Positions 1-10,209 of a stretch of 36,755 nucleotides of DNA are shown here, piece after piece. The first letter of the stretch is position 1. Each line of letters opens with the position of its first letter. A model generated the notes under the pieces. It was not told where the DNA came from. It searched no databases and was given only the letters and a program-made list of their open reading frames with translations. The translations under genes were made by a program, and so were the position numbers. The stretch comes from a bacterium (lineage in GTDB: Bacteria > Cyanobacteriota > Vampirovibrionia > Obscuribacterales > JAKAZS01), in assembly GCA_021785395.1 (NCBI GenBank), contig JAJYFO010000005.1, positions 1 through 36,755 on the forward strand, written 5' to 3'.

Positions 1-229
1 TGCTTTTAAAGCTTATTTTAAAGTATAGTTAAAGGGTAGCGAATTGCTTTTAAAGCTTATTTTAAAGTATAGTTAAAGGGTAGCGAATTGCTTTTAAAGC
101 TTATTTTAAAGTATAGTTAAAGGGTAGCGAATTGCTTTTAAAGCTTATTTTAAAGTATAGTTAAAGGGTAGCGAATTGCTTTTAAAGCTTATTTTAAAGT
201 ATAGTTAAAGGGTAGTTGGTTGCTTTTAA
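1..229. repeat. 44-bp direct tandem repeat (TGCTTTTAAAGCTTATTTTAAAGTATAGTTAAAGGGTAGCGAAT), 4 perfect copies, a fifth copy running into the gene end, plus 9 bp of a sixth; runs off the window start
   Basis: Identical units at 1-44, 45-88, 89-132 and 133-176. The fifth is exact from 177-215, then TTGG replaces CGAA and TTGCTTTTAA matches again at 220-229. No spacers between units. Confidence 0.97.
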
Positions 230-1133
230 CGCCGTCGGTAACCAGGTGGATATAATGGGCACCAGCGTCTAAGGTTTTAGGCAAGCGCAGTTTGAGTTCG
301 CATGGAGACGCGGCTAGAATCTGGACCGGCTCTACGTCGTCAATGTAGGCATGGTTATTATTGGCTATGCCGTCAAAATTGCTACCTTTTAAAGTTAAAA
401 TATCAAATAAATCATGTGTTATGGCGGCTGTTTCAATTTTGGCCGTAGGGTGGTCGACGCTGCTGACATAGGCTGGCCCTTGAATCAATTTAGCTACAGA
501 CTGAAAATTAGAATTTAAAAGTGTTATGTCTAGCTCTTTGGCATCGTTTTGTGGAACGAGAAAGACCACTTGACCGCTGTAGTCAGATTGTAAGTCTGTA
601 TCGTTGATTTTAACCCCCACGTAACTTTGCCTATCGCCCAAACTGTCAAATATCGTCATTGTAGCAAAACTACCAGCCACACAGGTATCTGGTAAGAATA
701 TTTTCGAATTTTGGGCAGGCTGCCGAAGCATACTTGGCATAACTGTTCCGGAAAAAACGGAGCTTGGCTTATAAGTCTCGTTAAGTTCTTGCTTTATTTG
801 CTCGCGTAATTTGGCATAGTCGGTGTCTCTAAAATTTAATTCGTCGACTAATTGCGTTGTTTCGTCGTATGATGAAGACTGTTTATTTATCTTAGCCGTT
901 TTTTTAGGTTTGTTAACATTTTTAGGGCTAGACTTAGCGACGCTTCCAGTTTTAATTTGGTTATTAGAGATTAAGGAATGTAGAATATTTTTGCCTGGCT
1001 GTATAGCCTCGTTTAAATTGCTTTCTAGGCCAAAAGCTTGATCGTAGCAGGAAAAATCTTGACAAGCTGTTAGGACCAATATTAATATCAGGCTTTTGCT
1101 AGTTTTGGTTAATTTACGGGTTAAAATAGTCAA
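189..1133 (-). CDS. Exported protein or possible lipoprotein with C-terminal IPT/TIG (Ig-like) domain
   Basis: ORF 189-1247. The likelier start is TTG at 1133, preceded by AAGGA. Basic N-region and hydrophobic stretch ending LVLTAC. C-terminal LTLKGSNFD...QILAASPCELKLRLP...GVKSNQLPF is typical of IPT/TIG. Confidence 0.6.
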   Translation of the reverse strand: MTILTRKLTKTSKSLILILVLTACQDFSCYDQAFGLESNLNEAIQPGKNILHSLISNNQIKTGSVAKSSPKNVNKPKKTAKINKQSSSYDETTQLVDELNFRDTDYAKLREQIKQELNETYKPSSVFSGTVMPSMLRQPAQNSKIFLPDTCVAGSFATMTIFDSLGDRQSYVGVKINDTDLQSDYSGQVVFLVPQNDAKELDITLLNSNFQSVAKLIQGPAYVSSVDHPTAKIETAAITHDLFDILTLKGSNFDGIANNNHAYIDDVEPVQILAASPCELKLRLPKTLDAGAHYIHLVTDGVKSNQLPFNYTLK

Positions 1134-1349
1134 TTTTTTTTTCCTTGTAAGCTTTACTGATACTTCTTTAATTTGCCATTTTAATAAACAGATCAATCGA
1201 TCGTATAGGAATATTATAACAGTTAACAAAAGATTACTATCTAGCAATTTGACTTAAGGCAAACTAACCCAATTATCACAACAGTTTGTGTAATTAAAGT
1301 AATTTGTTAATTTCATTGATTAAGGTTGAGAGAAAAAAAGGGTTAAGAC

Positions 1350-3002
1350 TTAGTAATAATTTTTAGACCCATAGAACAAGCGCTGGTACAAAGCTATCGT
1401 TTCAGATTCGGTAAGTCCGTAGCCTAAGTATTCGTCTTTCACCCAAATTTCAAAATGTAAATGTTCATGGGTTTTGACCTTGGACGTGCCTTCACTGGTA
1501 CCGGAAGAACCGATTTGGCCAACCATTTCATTAGCCGTTATATACTGGCCAAGTTTTAGCGCCGGATTGACGTTGTTAAGATGAGCATATTTTGTTACAA
1601 TTCCGTTACCATGATTAATCCATACCTGGCAGCCTCTTAGTAGGTCTTCAGAATAGGCGCTTGATTCAAGGTTTTTTGAACATTCGGCCAAAATTTGCTG
1701 CCTTTTGCCAGGCGTCAGGTTTTGGTAGTTTTTGTCTAGTCTTACTATTTTCCCAGCAGCGGCACTGTAGGCATAATTAGGTTTGACCGCAGTTTTTCCA
1801 TAAACAAAAAAGTCTATTCCTTTGTGAAAGCCATGGCGGTAAATTCGTCTGGCTCCTGGATAAACCCCTGGATGATTAGGTAGTTTGCTAAATTTTACCG
1901 GCAAAGTAAATTTTGGCAGGTTAAGTTTAAGATAAGTATTATTTGAATACGTGGCCTTGCCGTAGTTCTTGTTAATTCTTATTAATTCGTTATTAGCCAG
2001 TATAAGTAAATTTTCGTTTATAGGGATGAGGTTTCTTATAAGTTTTTGGGGGTCTAATTGGTAATAATTCAAAGATCGGGTTTTTAGGTTTAAACAGGCG
2101 ACAAGGCAGTTTTCCTGATAAATTGTATAAATACAATTAGCACTGGCTATTAATCTGGTTGGTAATGCATTGCGTAAATGTTTGTAATAAACTGGTTTGA
2201 TAACGATTTTGGGGGTATTTTTCGAAAAGTCGTAGCTTAAAATTTGTCCGTTAGCGATAATTATATAATTTGAACTAAGCGACATAGCCCTTGTGAGATT
2301 TACGCAATTGCCTTTGAGCTGCCAGGCAAAAACCTGGTTTAGCATAGGTATAATGTGGCCATTTTGCATTAACCATAACTGATTGCGTTCCGGGTCTAGT
2401 AAATAGGTGTTAGCTTTATAGCCAGTAATGTCAATAAATTGAGGGTCTGGCTCGCCATAGAACCAGGCATTAGGTCGCAGCAACGACATTTGATTTTTTT
2501 TAAGGTCGTATCTAAAAATAGCTGATGTCTTGTCGATGATTATGAGGCTATTATCGCTTGGGTTATAGCTAAACTGGGTAAGCTCTTGGATTTTTACCGA
2601 TCGCTTATTATATTGATAAACACTGTTAGGTATCAATAAAGGGGTTAGGGTAAGTTTTGTTATGTTGTTAAAATTATTTAGGCAATCTTTGGCAAGGTAC
2701 AGCTGATTACTGGATAGAAAATAGAGGTCGTTCTTACAAGCCAAAAAAGTTATCGGATTTACGCAGACATTATCAGGGGTGACTAAAGTTAAATGGACAG
2801 TTTGATTAGCTGAATTGGTTTTAGCGTCTAAATTACTACTGATACCTTTGCTACTTAGTGTATTATTGAGCGAAGATGTGTAGTTGGCGTTCTGGTAAGA
2901 ATTGCTTTGGGATTGAATTTTAATTAGCGAAATTAAGGCTAAAGCCAAAGCTAGGCTAATTATCGTTAATCTGATTTTATTAGGTGGCTTAGAATATTGC
3001 AA
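1350..3002 (-). CDS. M23 family metallopeptidase (peptidoglycan endopeptidase) with N-terminal membrane anchor and probable beta-propeller region
   Basis: C-terminal HKGID (HxxxD), YAHL, GQIGSSG and HLHFEI (HxH) motifs. N-terminal hydrophobic helix. Confidence 0.85.
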   Translation of the reverse strand: MQYSKPPNKIRLTIISLALALALISLIKIQSQSNSYQNANYTSSLNNTLSSKGISSNLDAKTNSANQTVHLTLVTPDNVCVNPITFLACKNDLYFLSSNQLYLAKDCLNNFNNITKLTLTPLLIPNSVYQYNKRSVKIQELTQFSYNPSDNSLIIIDKTSAIFRYDLKKNQMSLLRPNAWFYGEPDPQFIDITGYKANTYLLDPERNQLWLMQNGHIIPMLNQVFAWQLKGNCVNLTRAMSLSSNYIIIANGQILSYDFSKNTPKIVIKPVYYKHLRNALPTRLIASANCIYTIYQENCLVACLNLKTRSLNYYQLDPQKLIRNLIPINENLLILANNELIRINKNYGKATYSNNTYLKLNLPKFTLPVKFSKLPNHPGVYPGARRIYRHGFHKGIDFFVYGKTAVKPNYAYSAAAGKIVRLDKNYQNLTPGKRQQILAECSKNLESSAYSEDLLRGCQVWINHGNGIVTKYAHLNNVNPALKLGQYITANEMVGQIGSSGTSEGTSKVKTHEHLHFEIWVKDEYLGYGLTESETIALYQRLFYGSKNYY

Positions 3003-3030
3003 TTTTAATTACGGTTCGACTTTAGGTAAA

Positions 3031-4818
3031 CTATTTCTTCTTTGACATCTGTTTGGTTTCAACCTTGGAATCAACGATGTACCATTTATTGTTTATTTTT
3101 TGGACTGTGTATTTTACGTTGTACTTATCGGTGCTTTCAGAAAGAATTTTTTTGTTAGTATCACTAATTAATTTGCTATTTTCTGAAATGACTACATAAA
3201 CATAGTATTTTACGTTTTTTTCGATAGCTTCGTATTTGACTAAATTGACACCGTTAGGTTTTAAGTCGTAATAGTTGTGATTATTTTTTAACCAGTTAAT
3301 TGCGTCTTGTTGACGTTTTAAGGCGCCTTGAGCTAAAAAATTGCTCAAAGTAGTCGCATTAACGTCTTTTACGGCTGTTTGCTTGGCTTTTTGCCAGTTA
3401 GTAATTAAATTTAGAAATTCTGTTTTGAGGTTATCGGTTTTACTTGACGATGACTTGACAGTGTCTAGTATTTCGGTTTTAGAAGTATTAGGTGTCTTAA
3501 CACTATTTTTAGTGGTGGCAGCATTGCCGTCGGTTGTCATGGCGATCGTGGTATCAGATTTTTGTGAAAATTGGCTTGAAGAGTCTGGCTTGCTGTTATC
3601 TTGAGTATCGATTTTATTTAACACAATATCGTTCGATTTAGTTTCGCTAGTTGAATCGGTAAACATATTGCTCGACCCAGATTCGGTTGTGGTCTTTTGA
3701 GTGGACTCTGTTTTAGTGTCATTATTGGACGATTCGGCTAATCCGTTATTCTCAGAAGTTGTTTTATCGCCAATACTGGTTTCAGTTGTTTTACTGCTGG
3801 AGGTGCTGGCTTGGTTAGTTTCGGATAATTGCGTGTCAGTTTTTGGAGTGTCGTTATTTTCGGCTAATTGTGTATTAGTCTTTGCAGTGTCGTCACTTTC
3901 AGCTACTTTTACGTTTTTTGTGGAAGGCTTATTGTTTTTCGCTTTTTTAGATGCTGTTTGGGTTGTAGCTGAATCGTCGGAATTATTTTTTCGTCCAAAA
4001 TTACGATGTCGGATGGATTTAGACTTGTTTGGGGAATCTGGTAAAAGCGTATTTTTATCAGCTAAAACCGGCTCTAAATTGTTGTTTAGAGCTGAGGATA
4101 GGCTAATTAAAACTGTTTTTGTATCGTCATTAGGTAATGTTGAGATATTTATTAAATATCGATGCAGGGCAATCGTAAGTGGTTTTTTTACTGTAAATGT
4201 ATCAAGGCTTTCTTTTATGTTGTTAAATTTTTCATTAAAATTGGAAATCGCAGCAACGTTACAGCCGATTGCTTCAAGGAGGAAATCGATAATTACTTGT
4301 AAATTTAACATCGTATAATTGGTAATTTTATCAACGTCAAAATAAAACCTAAGTTCCGTAATGCCATTGTTTTTGTCAGTATTAAATTCAAGTTTGTTGT
4401 TGTGGATGTCAATAAGGGTATTCGTATCTGAGTTATTTGGCTTAAATGGACCGACGCTTGGCCAATATAAACCTTTAACAAATTTACTGGTCTCAAAGGT
4501 ATTAACTGTGGCAATAGCTATTAATTTTTCATTTGAGTTAGTTTTGGCGTTTCTAGGTCTTATATCGTCTTCTTGATTTGGCGTTATGTCACTGTCATGG
4601 CTTTGGGATGGACTATTACTGGATAATTTTGCGTCGCTATTGCCAGTTTGCCAGAGATCGTCTAATTTTGGACTATTGCTGGCGCTGGCTATATATTGTT
4701 TGTTTGTTAAATTTGTGCTCAAATTACCAGCCAAAACACAGTTATTAGCTGTCAGAGGAATAAGACCTGATAGGTTTAGACTTAACGCCAAGATTATAAT
4801 AGTTTTAAATTTTTGCAT
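3031..4818 (-). CDS. Secreted protein with S/T/K/N low-complexity linker and C-terminal ARC6/Ftn2-like IMS (DUF4101) domain
   Basis: Signal peptide. The last ~125 aa (LITNWQKAKQTA...WLKNNHNYY...VISENSKL...YNVKYTVQKINNKWYI) match the pattern of the ARC6-like IMS domain. Confidence 0.7.
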   Translation of the reverse strand: MQKFKTIIILALSLNLSGLIPLTANNCVLAGNLSTNLTNKQYIASASNSPKLDDLWQTGNSDAKLSSNSPSQSHDSDITPNQEDDIRPRNAKTNSNEKLIAIATVNTFETSKFVKGLYWPSVGPFKPNNSDTNTLIDIHNNKLEFNTDKNNGITELRFYFDVDKITNYTMLNLQVIIDFLLEAIGCNVAAISNFNEKFNNIKESLDTFTVKKPLTIALHRYLINISTLPNDDTKTVLISLSSALNNNLEPVLADKNTLLPDSPNKSKSIRHRNFGRKNNSDDSATTQTASKKAKNNKPSTKNVKVAESDDTAKTNTQLAENNDTPKTDTQLSETNQASTSSSKTTETSIGDKTTSENNGLAESSNNDTKTESTQKTTTESGSSNMFTDSTSETKSNDIVLNKIDTQDNSKPDSSSQFSQKSDTTIAMTTDGNAATTKNSVKTPNTSKTEILDTVKSSSSKTDNLKTEFLNLITNWQKAKQTAVKDVNATTLSNFLAQGALKRQQDAINWLKNNHNYYDLKPNGVNLVKYEAIEKNVKYYVYVVISENSKLISDTNKKILSESTDKYNVKYTVQKINNKWYIVDSKVETKQMSKKK

Positions 4819-5199
4819 AGGTTTTAAGAGGGTTCCTTAAGAATCGACTATAAAAATAAGTTAGGAGTTTTGATTTTAATTGCCCGTTTTACATTGTCAG
4901 CCAACTATTAAATTATAACTTTTAACCCTTTTTTTGATAGCTTGCTAGGTCTAAAATGGTTAAATTTTAAGATGCTTTAAATTGATCGCTAGGCTGAGTT
5001 GGAAAATCTTTGTGGAACAGTCTTAAATGCCAGTACAGGTAATTTTCAAAAAATATTTTAGCTTAAATTTAAAATTGGCCTTTCCTGATTATTAAATATG
5101 TTTTATAATATGTATATATTAATTATATTTAACTATCCTGACTGTTGAAAATTGTCGTTTTTGTGTAAATGTTATTGGCGCTGACGGTGAATAATAGTT

Positions 5200-6456
5200 A
5201 TGAGCAAAGGTAATTTCGATTTTAATAATTATTATAAATCGGGCAAAACCGATAAGATAGATAAAGACGATGGTGCAAAAGATAAAACTCTAAACCTTAA
5301 ATTAGCTGACGCTGTTTACAAGGCCGATTCTTTCGCTAATAGTAGTATTATAGATGCTAATCACTCGGTTGCCAATGGCGATGAATTTTCATCTGTCCAC
5401 CCTTTTACACCTGGCGATATTGATAGTACGCCTAAAAAAATCAGCGACGATATCGTGTCTTTGGACCGATTTTTAAAAGACCATCCCCAATCTATAAATC
5501 AATTTAAAGCTTCTGTAATCGACGAATATTATTTGTTTTATCTTAGTAACCTGGTTGGAAAATCTTTCGAGGCTAGCCAAAATATTCATATTAATCACAA
5601 TATGTTTGATTCTCTTAAATATTTAGACCCCACTCAGTTGCATGTCGAAAAAATTAATACCAATAAGTATCATGCCGTAAGTGGAGTAGAACAGGGCGGT
5701 TACGGTGATTGCTGGTTTGAAGCCAGTTTGGCTGATTTGGCTAGTACAGCTAGCGGCGTTAAGGAAATTGCTAATATGATTACATTGGATTATAAAGGCG
5801 ACTACGAGGTGAAATTTCCTGGCTTTAGCGTTCCAATAATTGTGACCAGGGATGATTTAAATGAACTTGAGCTAAATTATTCTAAATTGAGCGAGTCTAA
5901 TCCAAATTATTCTAAGCTAAACAATTCAAGCCAGTGGGCTAATATTTTAGAGGCAGCCGCTTATAAAGTTTTTCCAGAATATATAGAAAACGGTGCTTGC
6001 CTTGGCTTTGGTATTAAACTATTTACTGATAAATCCCCCCGTTATTATAATCTCCAAGAAAACCCTGACGAAATTATTAAGGCGATGGAAGTGGCCTTGA
6101 AAAACAATCAGCCTGTTTTAGCCGCGATAAACGAACCTGTCCTTAAAACAACTGAAAACGTTAATGATAGAAAAAATATTAATGATAATGTAAATACGTC
6201 TTATGAAGATATTTTAGACAATAAATACTTGCCTTTATTACCTAACCATGCTTATAGCGTATTAAAAGTCAATTTGGATAATCAAAGTGTTACCTTAAGA
6301 AACCCGCATGGGTTTAATTATTATGTACAACCAAATACGCTTACCAAAAATTACACATATAAGTCGGTAAGTGACTTTGGTGACGGTCTTTTGGTTATGC
6401 CACTGAGTACATTTAAGAAATATTTTAGTGTAGTAGCTACAACTGATAATGAGTAA
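5200..6456 (+). CDS. Calpain-like cysteine peptidase (family C2)
   Basis: QGGYGDCWF (Gln/Cys), WANILEAA, NHAYSV (His) and LRNPHG (Asn) form a complete calpain-type catalytic triad. Confidence 0.88.
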   Translation: MSKGNFDFNNYYKSGKTDKIDKDDGAKDKTLNLKLADAVYKADSFANSSIIDANHSVANGDEFSSVHPFTPGDIDSTPKKISDDIVSLDRFLKDHPQSINQFKASVIDEYYLFYLSNLVGKSFEASQNIHINHNMFDSLKYLDPTQLHVEKINTNKYHAVSGVEQGGYGDCWFEASLADLASTASGVKEIANMITLDYKGDYEVKFPGFSVPIIVTRDDLNELELNYSKLSESNPNYSKLNNSSQWANILEAAAYKVFPEYIENGACLGFGIKLFTDKSPRYYNLQENPDEIIKAMEVALKNNQPVLAAINEPVLKTTENVNDRKNINDNVNTSYEDILDNKYLPLLPNHAYSVLKVNLDNQSVTLRNPHGFNYYVQPNTLTKNYTYKSVSDFGDGLLVMPLSTFKKYFSVVATTDNE

Positions 6457-6572
6457 ATTATAGTTGCAATTTTTTTTAATACTTTATCTCTATAAACGAT
6501 TTTACTATACGGTTAAAAGTCGATAGTTCAAACTCTTAAAAATTAAAATCAGCGTTATTACAAAGTAAAAAT

Positions 6573-9326
6573 TTAACAATAATCGCATTTTAAATTTAAT
6601 AATTCGTAAGCTTTAAATTTGATTTTGAATTTATATAAATCGGGTGTTTGCGATAAGTTGTCGTATTTTTCTAGTACCTCATCATTTAAATTAATTAGAC
6701 TCACGCTTTGGCAAGAATAGTTAATTTCAATGTTTACTTCCTTATCAATACTAGTTATATTAAGCGCTCTAAAAATGAAACCACTGCATTTATCATTATT
6801 AGGAAGAATATTTAATAAGTGTATACATTCGTCGTCGGATTTGATTAAGGAATTTTTTTCCAGTTTTTCGGTTAAATAAGTGATAGCTAATTTGTTCTCG
6901 TACAAGGCTGATTTTTTATACGCTTCTACGGCTAATTCATTATTTATGCTATGATTGCTGTCTTTATCTAGATAATCATTAAGACTGGACCAGGCATAAT
7001 TGACGCTTAATTCATTAAGGCAGTTTGCGTCTTCTAGCCTAAGTGGAGGTCCGGCTCCACCACCGCGGGTAAATAATCTCTTAGCTGATAATCTCGATAC
7101 GGCTCTTAAAAGCGTAATTTTGACCTTGTCATTTATTACTTCGTATTCTGGCAGTCCGTTATTGAGAAATAATTGGTCGGCGGCAATAAAGAATTTTTCA
7201 CATACTGATTTATCGCTTTGGCTTTCATAACCTAATTCTACAGGTTTTTTAATGTGGTTGTTTGAATTGTGTTCACGTTCGATTAATGAAAAATGGTTAT
7301 GAGAAATCGATTTATTGGTATTTTGATCTAACTTAAAAACGACACAAAGTCGATGGTCTTTGCTTCTGTTTTGCCATTTCGTCTCGAAAAAAACAATTGG
7401 TGTATTTTGTTTTAACGTAACGGTTACGACAATTTCGTGGGTAATTGACGGGTAAATTAATTTGTCTAACTTTATATTCTTGTCAGTCTCTATGCTTTGA
7501 TCTACTAGTTCAAAATCTTTAATGCCACCAGGAATTTTTATTTTATAATAAATATCTACTGAATTTACTAGACTGCCTGATTCGTTGATTACATATTTGC
7601 TAAATTCTGACTTTACTGGTTTGTTACCGGGTAAAAAATCAAAATTATAAGTATCACCTGCGTCTATTTGTGATTCAAAGTAGTGCTTAAGCTTATATTT
7701 CTTTTTTTTATATTTGTCATAAATACTCAAATCGCCTGTTTTACTCAAGTATAATTCATAAAATTCGTTATGAATTATACTTGAGTTGGCTTTCGTCTTA
7801 TTCTTATGATTTGAATCAATATTATCTTTCCAAGGAATCTTGTCGCTGATAATGGCGTAAGAACCGACTTCTTTACTTGGCATGATATACCCAGAGACAA
7901 TATAACTGTCTTTAAAATCAGGTAATTTATTTTCATTAATAAATAGACTGTATTCTTTTTTTATATTTTTTATTTGAAAGTTTTTATGATTTTTAGGTAA
8001 ACTATCTATATTGTCTAGACAAAATTCGATTGTTTGAGGTGAACGAATAGCAACCGAGCCTGTATTTATAAATGACACGTATTTTAAAGTAGAATTTAAA
8101 TCAATGTAATTGCGATTAGCTGCATAAAGATATGGTTTGGTATCATTTATGGCTTCCATAATGGCAGTTATAGCTTTTTGTTTTAAAGCTAAAGCTAAGT
8201 CAAAAGCTTTTTCATACCGAATTATCATTTCGCGGTGCACAGTATCGATAGAGCAACCACAAATGCTGTCATGGGGCTGATTTCGTAGTAAAAGCTTGAT
8301 TAAATAATTAACTTGATTGAATGGATATGTTACGTCAAAATATAATTTTATTATAACGAATAATGGTTCTATTGTTTTAAATATTAAATTTTCCAGTTTG
8401 CGGTTTAAAATTTTTAAATAAATTCTGGTCGATAAAACACCGTATAATAGATAAGCCCTTTTATAGGCTAAGGCGTGTTCGTTAGACCTTAATTCTCCTG
8501 TTATTGTGGTTAGCTTGTGGGTAATTTTAGCTTTTGATATTAACTTAAAAAAATCATTAAGAGTAGTGGCTGTAATATTGATTTTATTACCTTTATTATC
8601 TTTTAAATTTTCTTTAAGGAAATTAATTTTATTTTTTAAATTGTCGGGTAAAAAAGTATGGTCGCCGCCAAAGGGTAGCAAAGCTGCGTCTATAGGAGCA
8701 ATATATGATTTGGCTTGGGTTAAATCATCTGTTTCGCAAAAGTTATAAAAGGCTTTGATAACTTCAGCCATATTTTCATTTTCGTTTAATAGTGTATTAT
8801 AATATCCATGCGCTAAGGCAAGGGTGGTAACCGTGCTATCGTCGTAACTGCGCCATTGAAACAATGGGTAGTTTAATATTTTGGGCATACCACGCCAGAC
8901 AACGGCTGTGGTAATTTTAAATAGGTTTAAAAGGCGTGGTAGATCACTACAATGCCCAAAAGTATCTGGGCAATAGCCAACTTTACTGTAATTATCGTAT
9001 CGCTTACAAATTTTAAGACCAAAATCCAAGTTACGAATAATGCTTTCACCACTAACTAGGCTTTGATCACCAAGTACGTACCAAGGTCCTATAGATATTT
9101 TGCCGCTGTCTATAAATGTTTTAAGTTCTTTATAAAGACTTTCATCGATTTCTTGGATATCTTCGAGAATTATTACTTGTCCATCCAGTACAAAACTCTC
9201 TAATTCTCCAGTTTTTATTTTATTAATTACGTCTTCTACCATGGCTATTAGATTCAATCGATAAGACTCAAATGGTAAGTACCATTCTCTATCCCAATGA
9301 CTGTGTAGGTAATAATAAATATTCAT
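6573..9326 (-). CDS. Alpha-mannosidase, glycoside hydrolase family 38 (MngB-like)
   Basis: HSHWDREWY, IGPWY, PDTFGH and NQPHDSICGCSID motifs; 917 aa. Confidence 0.92.
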   Translation of the reverse strand: MNIYYYLHSHWDREWYLPFESYRLNLIAMVEDVINKIKTGELESFVLDGQVIILEDIQEIDESLYKELKTFIDSGKISIGPWYVLGDQSLVSGESIIRNLDFGLKICKRYDNYSKVGYCPDTFGHCSDLPRLLNLFKITTAVVWRGMPKILNYPLFQWRSYDDSTVTTLALAHGYYNTLLNENENMAEVIKAFYNFCETDDLTQAKSYIAPIDAALLPFGGDHTFLPDNLKNKINFLKENLKDNKGNKINITATTLNDFFKLISKAKITHKLTTITGELRSNEHALAYKRAYLLYGVLSTRIYLKILNRKLENLIFKTIEPLFVIIKLYFDVTYPFNQVNYLIKLLLRNQPHDSICGCSIDTVHREMIIRYEKAFDLALALKQKAITAIMEAINDTKPYLYAANRNYIDLNSTLKYVSFINTGSVAIRSPQTIEFCLDNIDSLPKNHKNFQIKNIKKEYSLFINENKLPDFKDSYIVSGYIMPSKEVGSYAIISDKIPWKDNIDSNHKNKTKANSSIIHNEFYELYLSKTGDLSIYDKYKKKKYKLKHYFESQIDAGDTYNFDFLPGNKPVKSEFSKYVINESGSLVNSVDIYYKIKIPGGIKDFELVDQSIETDKNIKLDKLIYPSITHEIVVTVTLKQNTPIVFFETKWQNRSKDHRLCVVFKLDQNTNKSISHNHFSLIEREHNSNNHIKKPVELGYESQSDKSVCEKFFIAADQLFLNNGLPEYEVINDKVKITLLRAVSRLSAKRLFTRGGGAGPPLRLEDANCLNELSVNYAWSSLNDYLDKDSNHSINNELAVEAYKKSALYENKLAITYLTEKLEKNSLIKSDDECIHLLNILPNNDKCSGFIFRALNITSIDKEVNIEINYSCQSVSLINLNDEVLEKYDNLSQTPDLYKFKIKFKAYELLNLKCDYC

Positions 9327-9330
9327 TGGT

Positions 9331-10197
9331 TTATTTTATTAGCGGTTTTAAAATTTTGATTGAGGCCTTTAAACCGTTTTCGTATTCGGTATCGGTTTCT
9401 TCTAAAAAATCATCTTCAAGCTGGATCGAGACGGTCTGGTCGTAGTTATAAAGCTTAAGCGTTTCGATTAATTGTCTCCAGTCAACTAGGCCTTTGCCTG
9501 CCATACGGTACTGCCACCAAAGTGGACCAAAAAGACCGCTATCGCTGAGCAAAGTTCGGTTGATTTCAATATCAAAGGCTTCGACATTTTCGATAGCTGC
9601 AACTATGCCAGGCAGTATATCTAAATAATTAATACCAAGCCAGACACAATCAGCTGGCGAAAATGAGAGACATAGTCCTTCTATACTGGCTATAAGTTCT
9701 CGCCATATTTGAGGGTTGGTAGCACGCCAATTAGACATAGACGATTTGCGAAAATTACTAGGCGTTGAAAGCCTCAGTAAAAGCTTAAGATCATTGGAAT
9801 TGGCTATATCGTTTAAATTAGTGAGGTGATTAATTATTTTTGTCTGCCAGTCTGAACCGTAGTCCGGATTTATGTATACGCCAATTTTATGACAATCAAG
9901 AATCTTGGCCAGGTATACTAATTTTTTAAACATATTTAATTCCTGGTCTAAGCTATTTTTCTTTATTTCATCAATGCATTCGTTAAAATTTATTATATCA
10001 AATGTTAAGTTGGCTTTATGAGCGGTTTTTAACAATTTTTTAAAATAACTGATTTCTGTTTTAGTCAATTTTTCATTGCTTTTAACCTTAAAATTGGCTA
10101 AATTCATTTCTAATGAATTAAAATTATAGGGTTGAATTAATTCTATTGCTTTTTCAATACCACAATTAAACTTGGAAATATTACAGGCTAATTTCAT
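9331..10197 (-). CDS. Sugar phosphate isomerase/epimerase (xylose isomerase-like TIM barrel), degenerate metal site
   Basis: WQYRMAGKGLVDW...LKLYNYDQTVSIQLED C-terminal signature. Several usual metal ligands appear substituted. Confidence 0.75.
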   Translation of the reverse strand: MKLACNISKFNCGIEKAIELIQPYNFNSLEMNLANFKVKSNEKLTKTEISYFKKLLKTAHKANLTFDIINFNECIDEIKKNSLDQELNMFKKLVYLAKILDCHKIGVYINPDYGSDWQTKIINHLTNLNDIANSNDLKLLLRLSTPSNFRKSSMSNWRATNPQIWRELIASIEGLCLSFSPADCVWLGINYLDILPGIVAAIENVEAFDIEINRTLLSDSGLFGPLWWQYRMAGKGLVDWRQLIETLKLYNYDQTVSIQLEDDFLEETDTEYENGLKASIKILKPLIK

Positions 10198-10209
10198 GAA
10201 TTCGCTAAA

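Noticed and set aside
1-229. CRISPR array
   Set aside because: Units are head-to-tail with no unique spacers, they copy a gene end, and there are no cas genes in the window.
1134-1247. N-terminal 38 aa of the 352-aa ORF as annotated in the track
   Set aside because: The downstream TTG at 1133 has an RBS-like AAGGA and places the signal peptide at the N-terminus.
3341-4840. Several plus-strand and alternate-frame ORFs (87, 205, 69, 71, 84 aa)
   Set aside because: Shadows of the low-complexity IMS-domain gene; no motifs.
4819-5199. Riboswitch or ncRNA in the divergent intergenic region
   Set aside because: Only weak AT-rich pairings and no recognisable aptamer consensus; consistent with promoter DNA.
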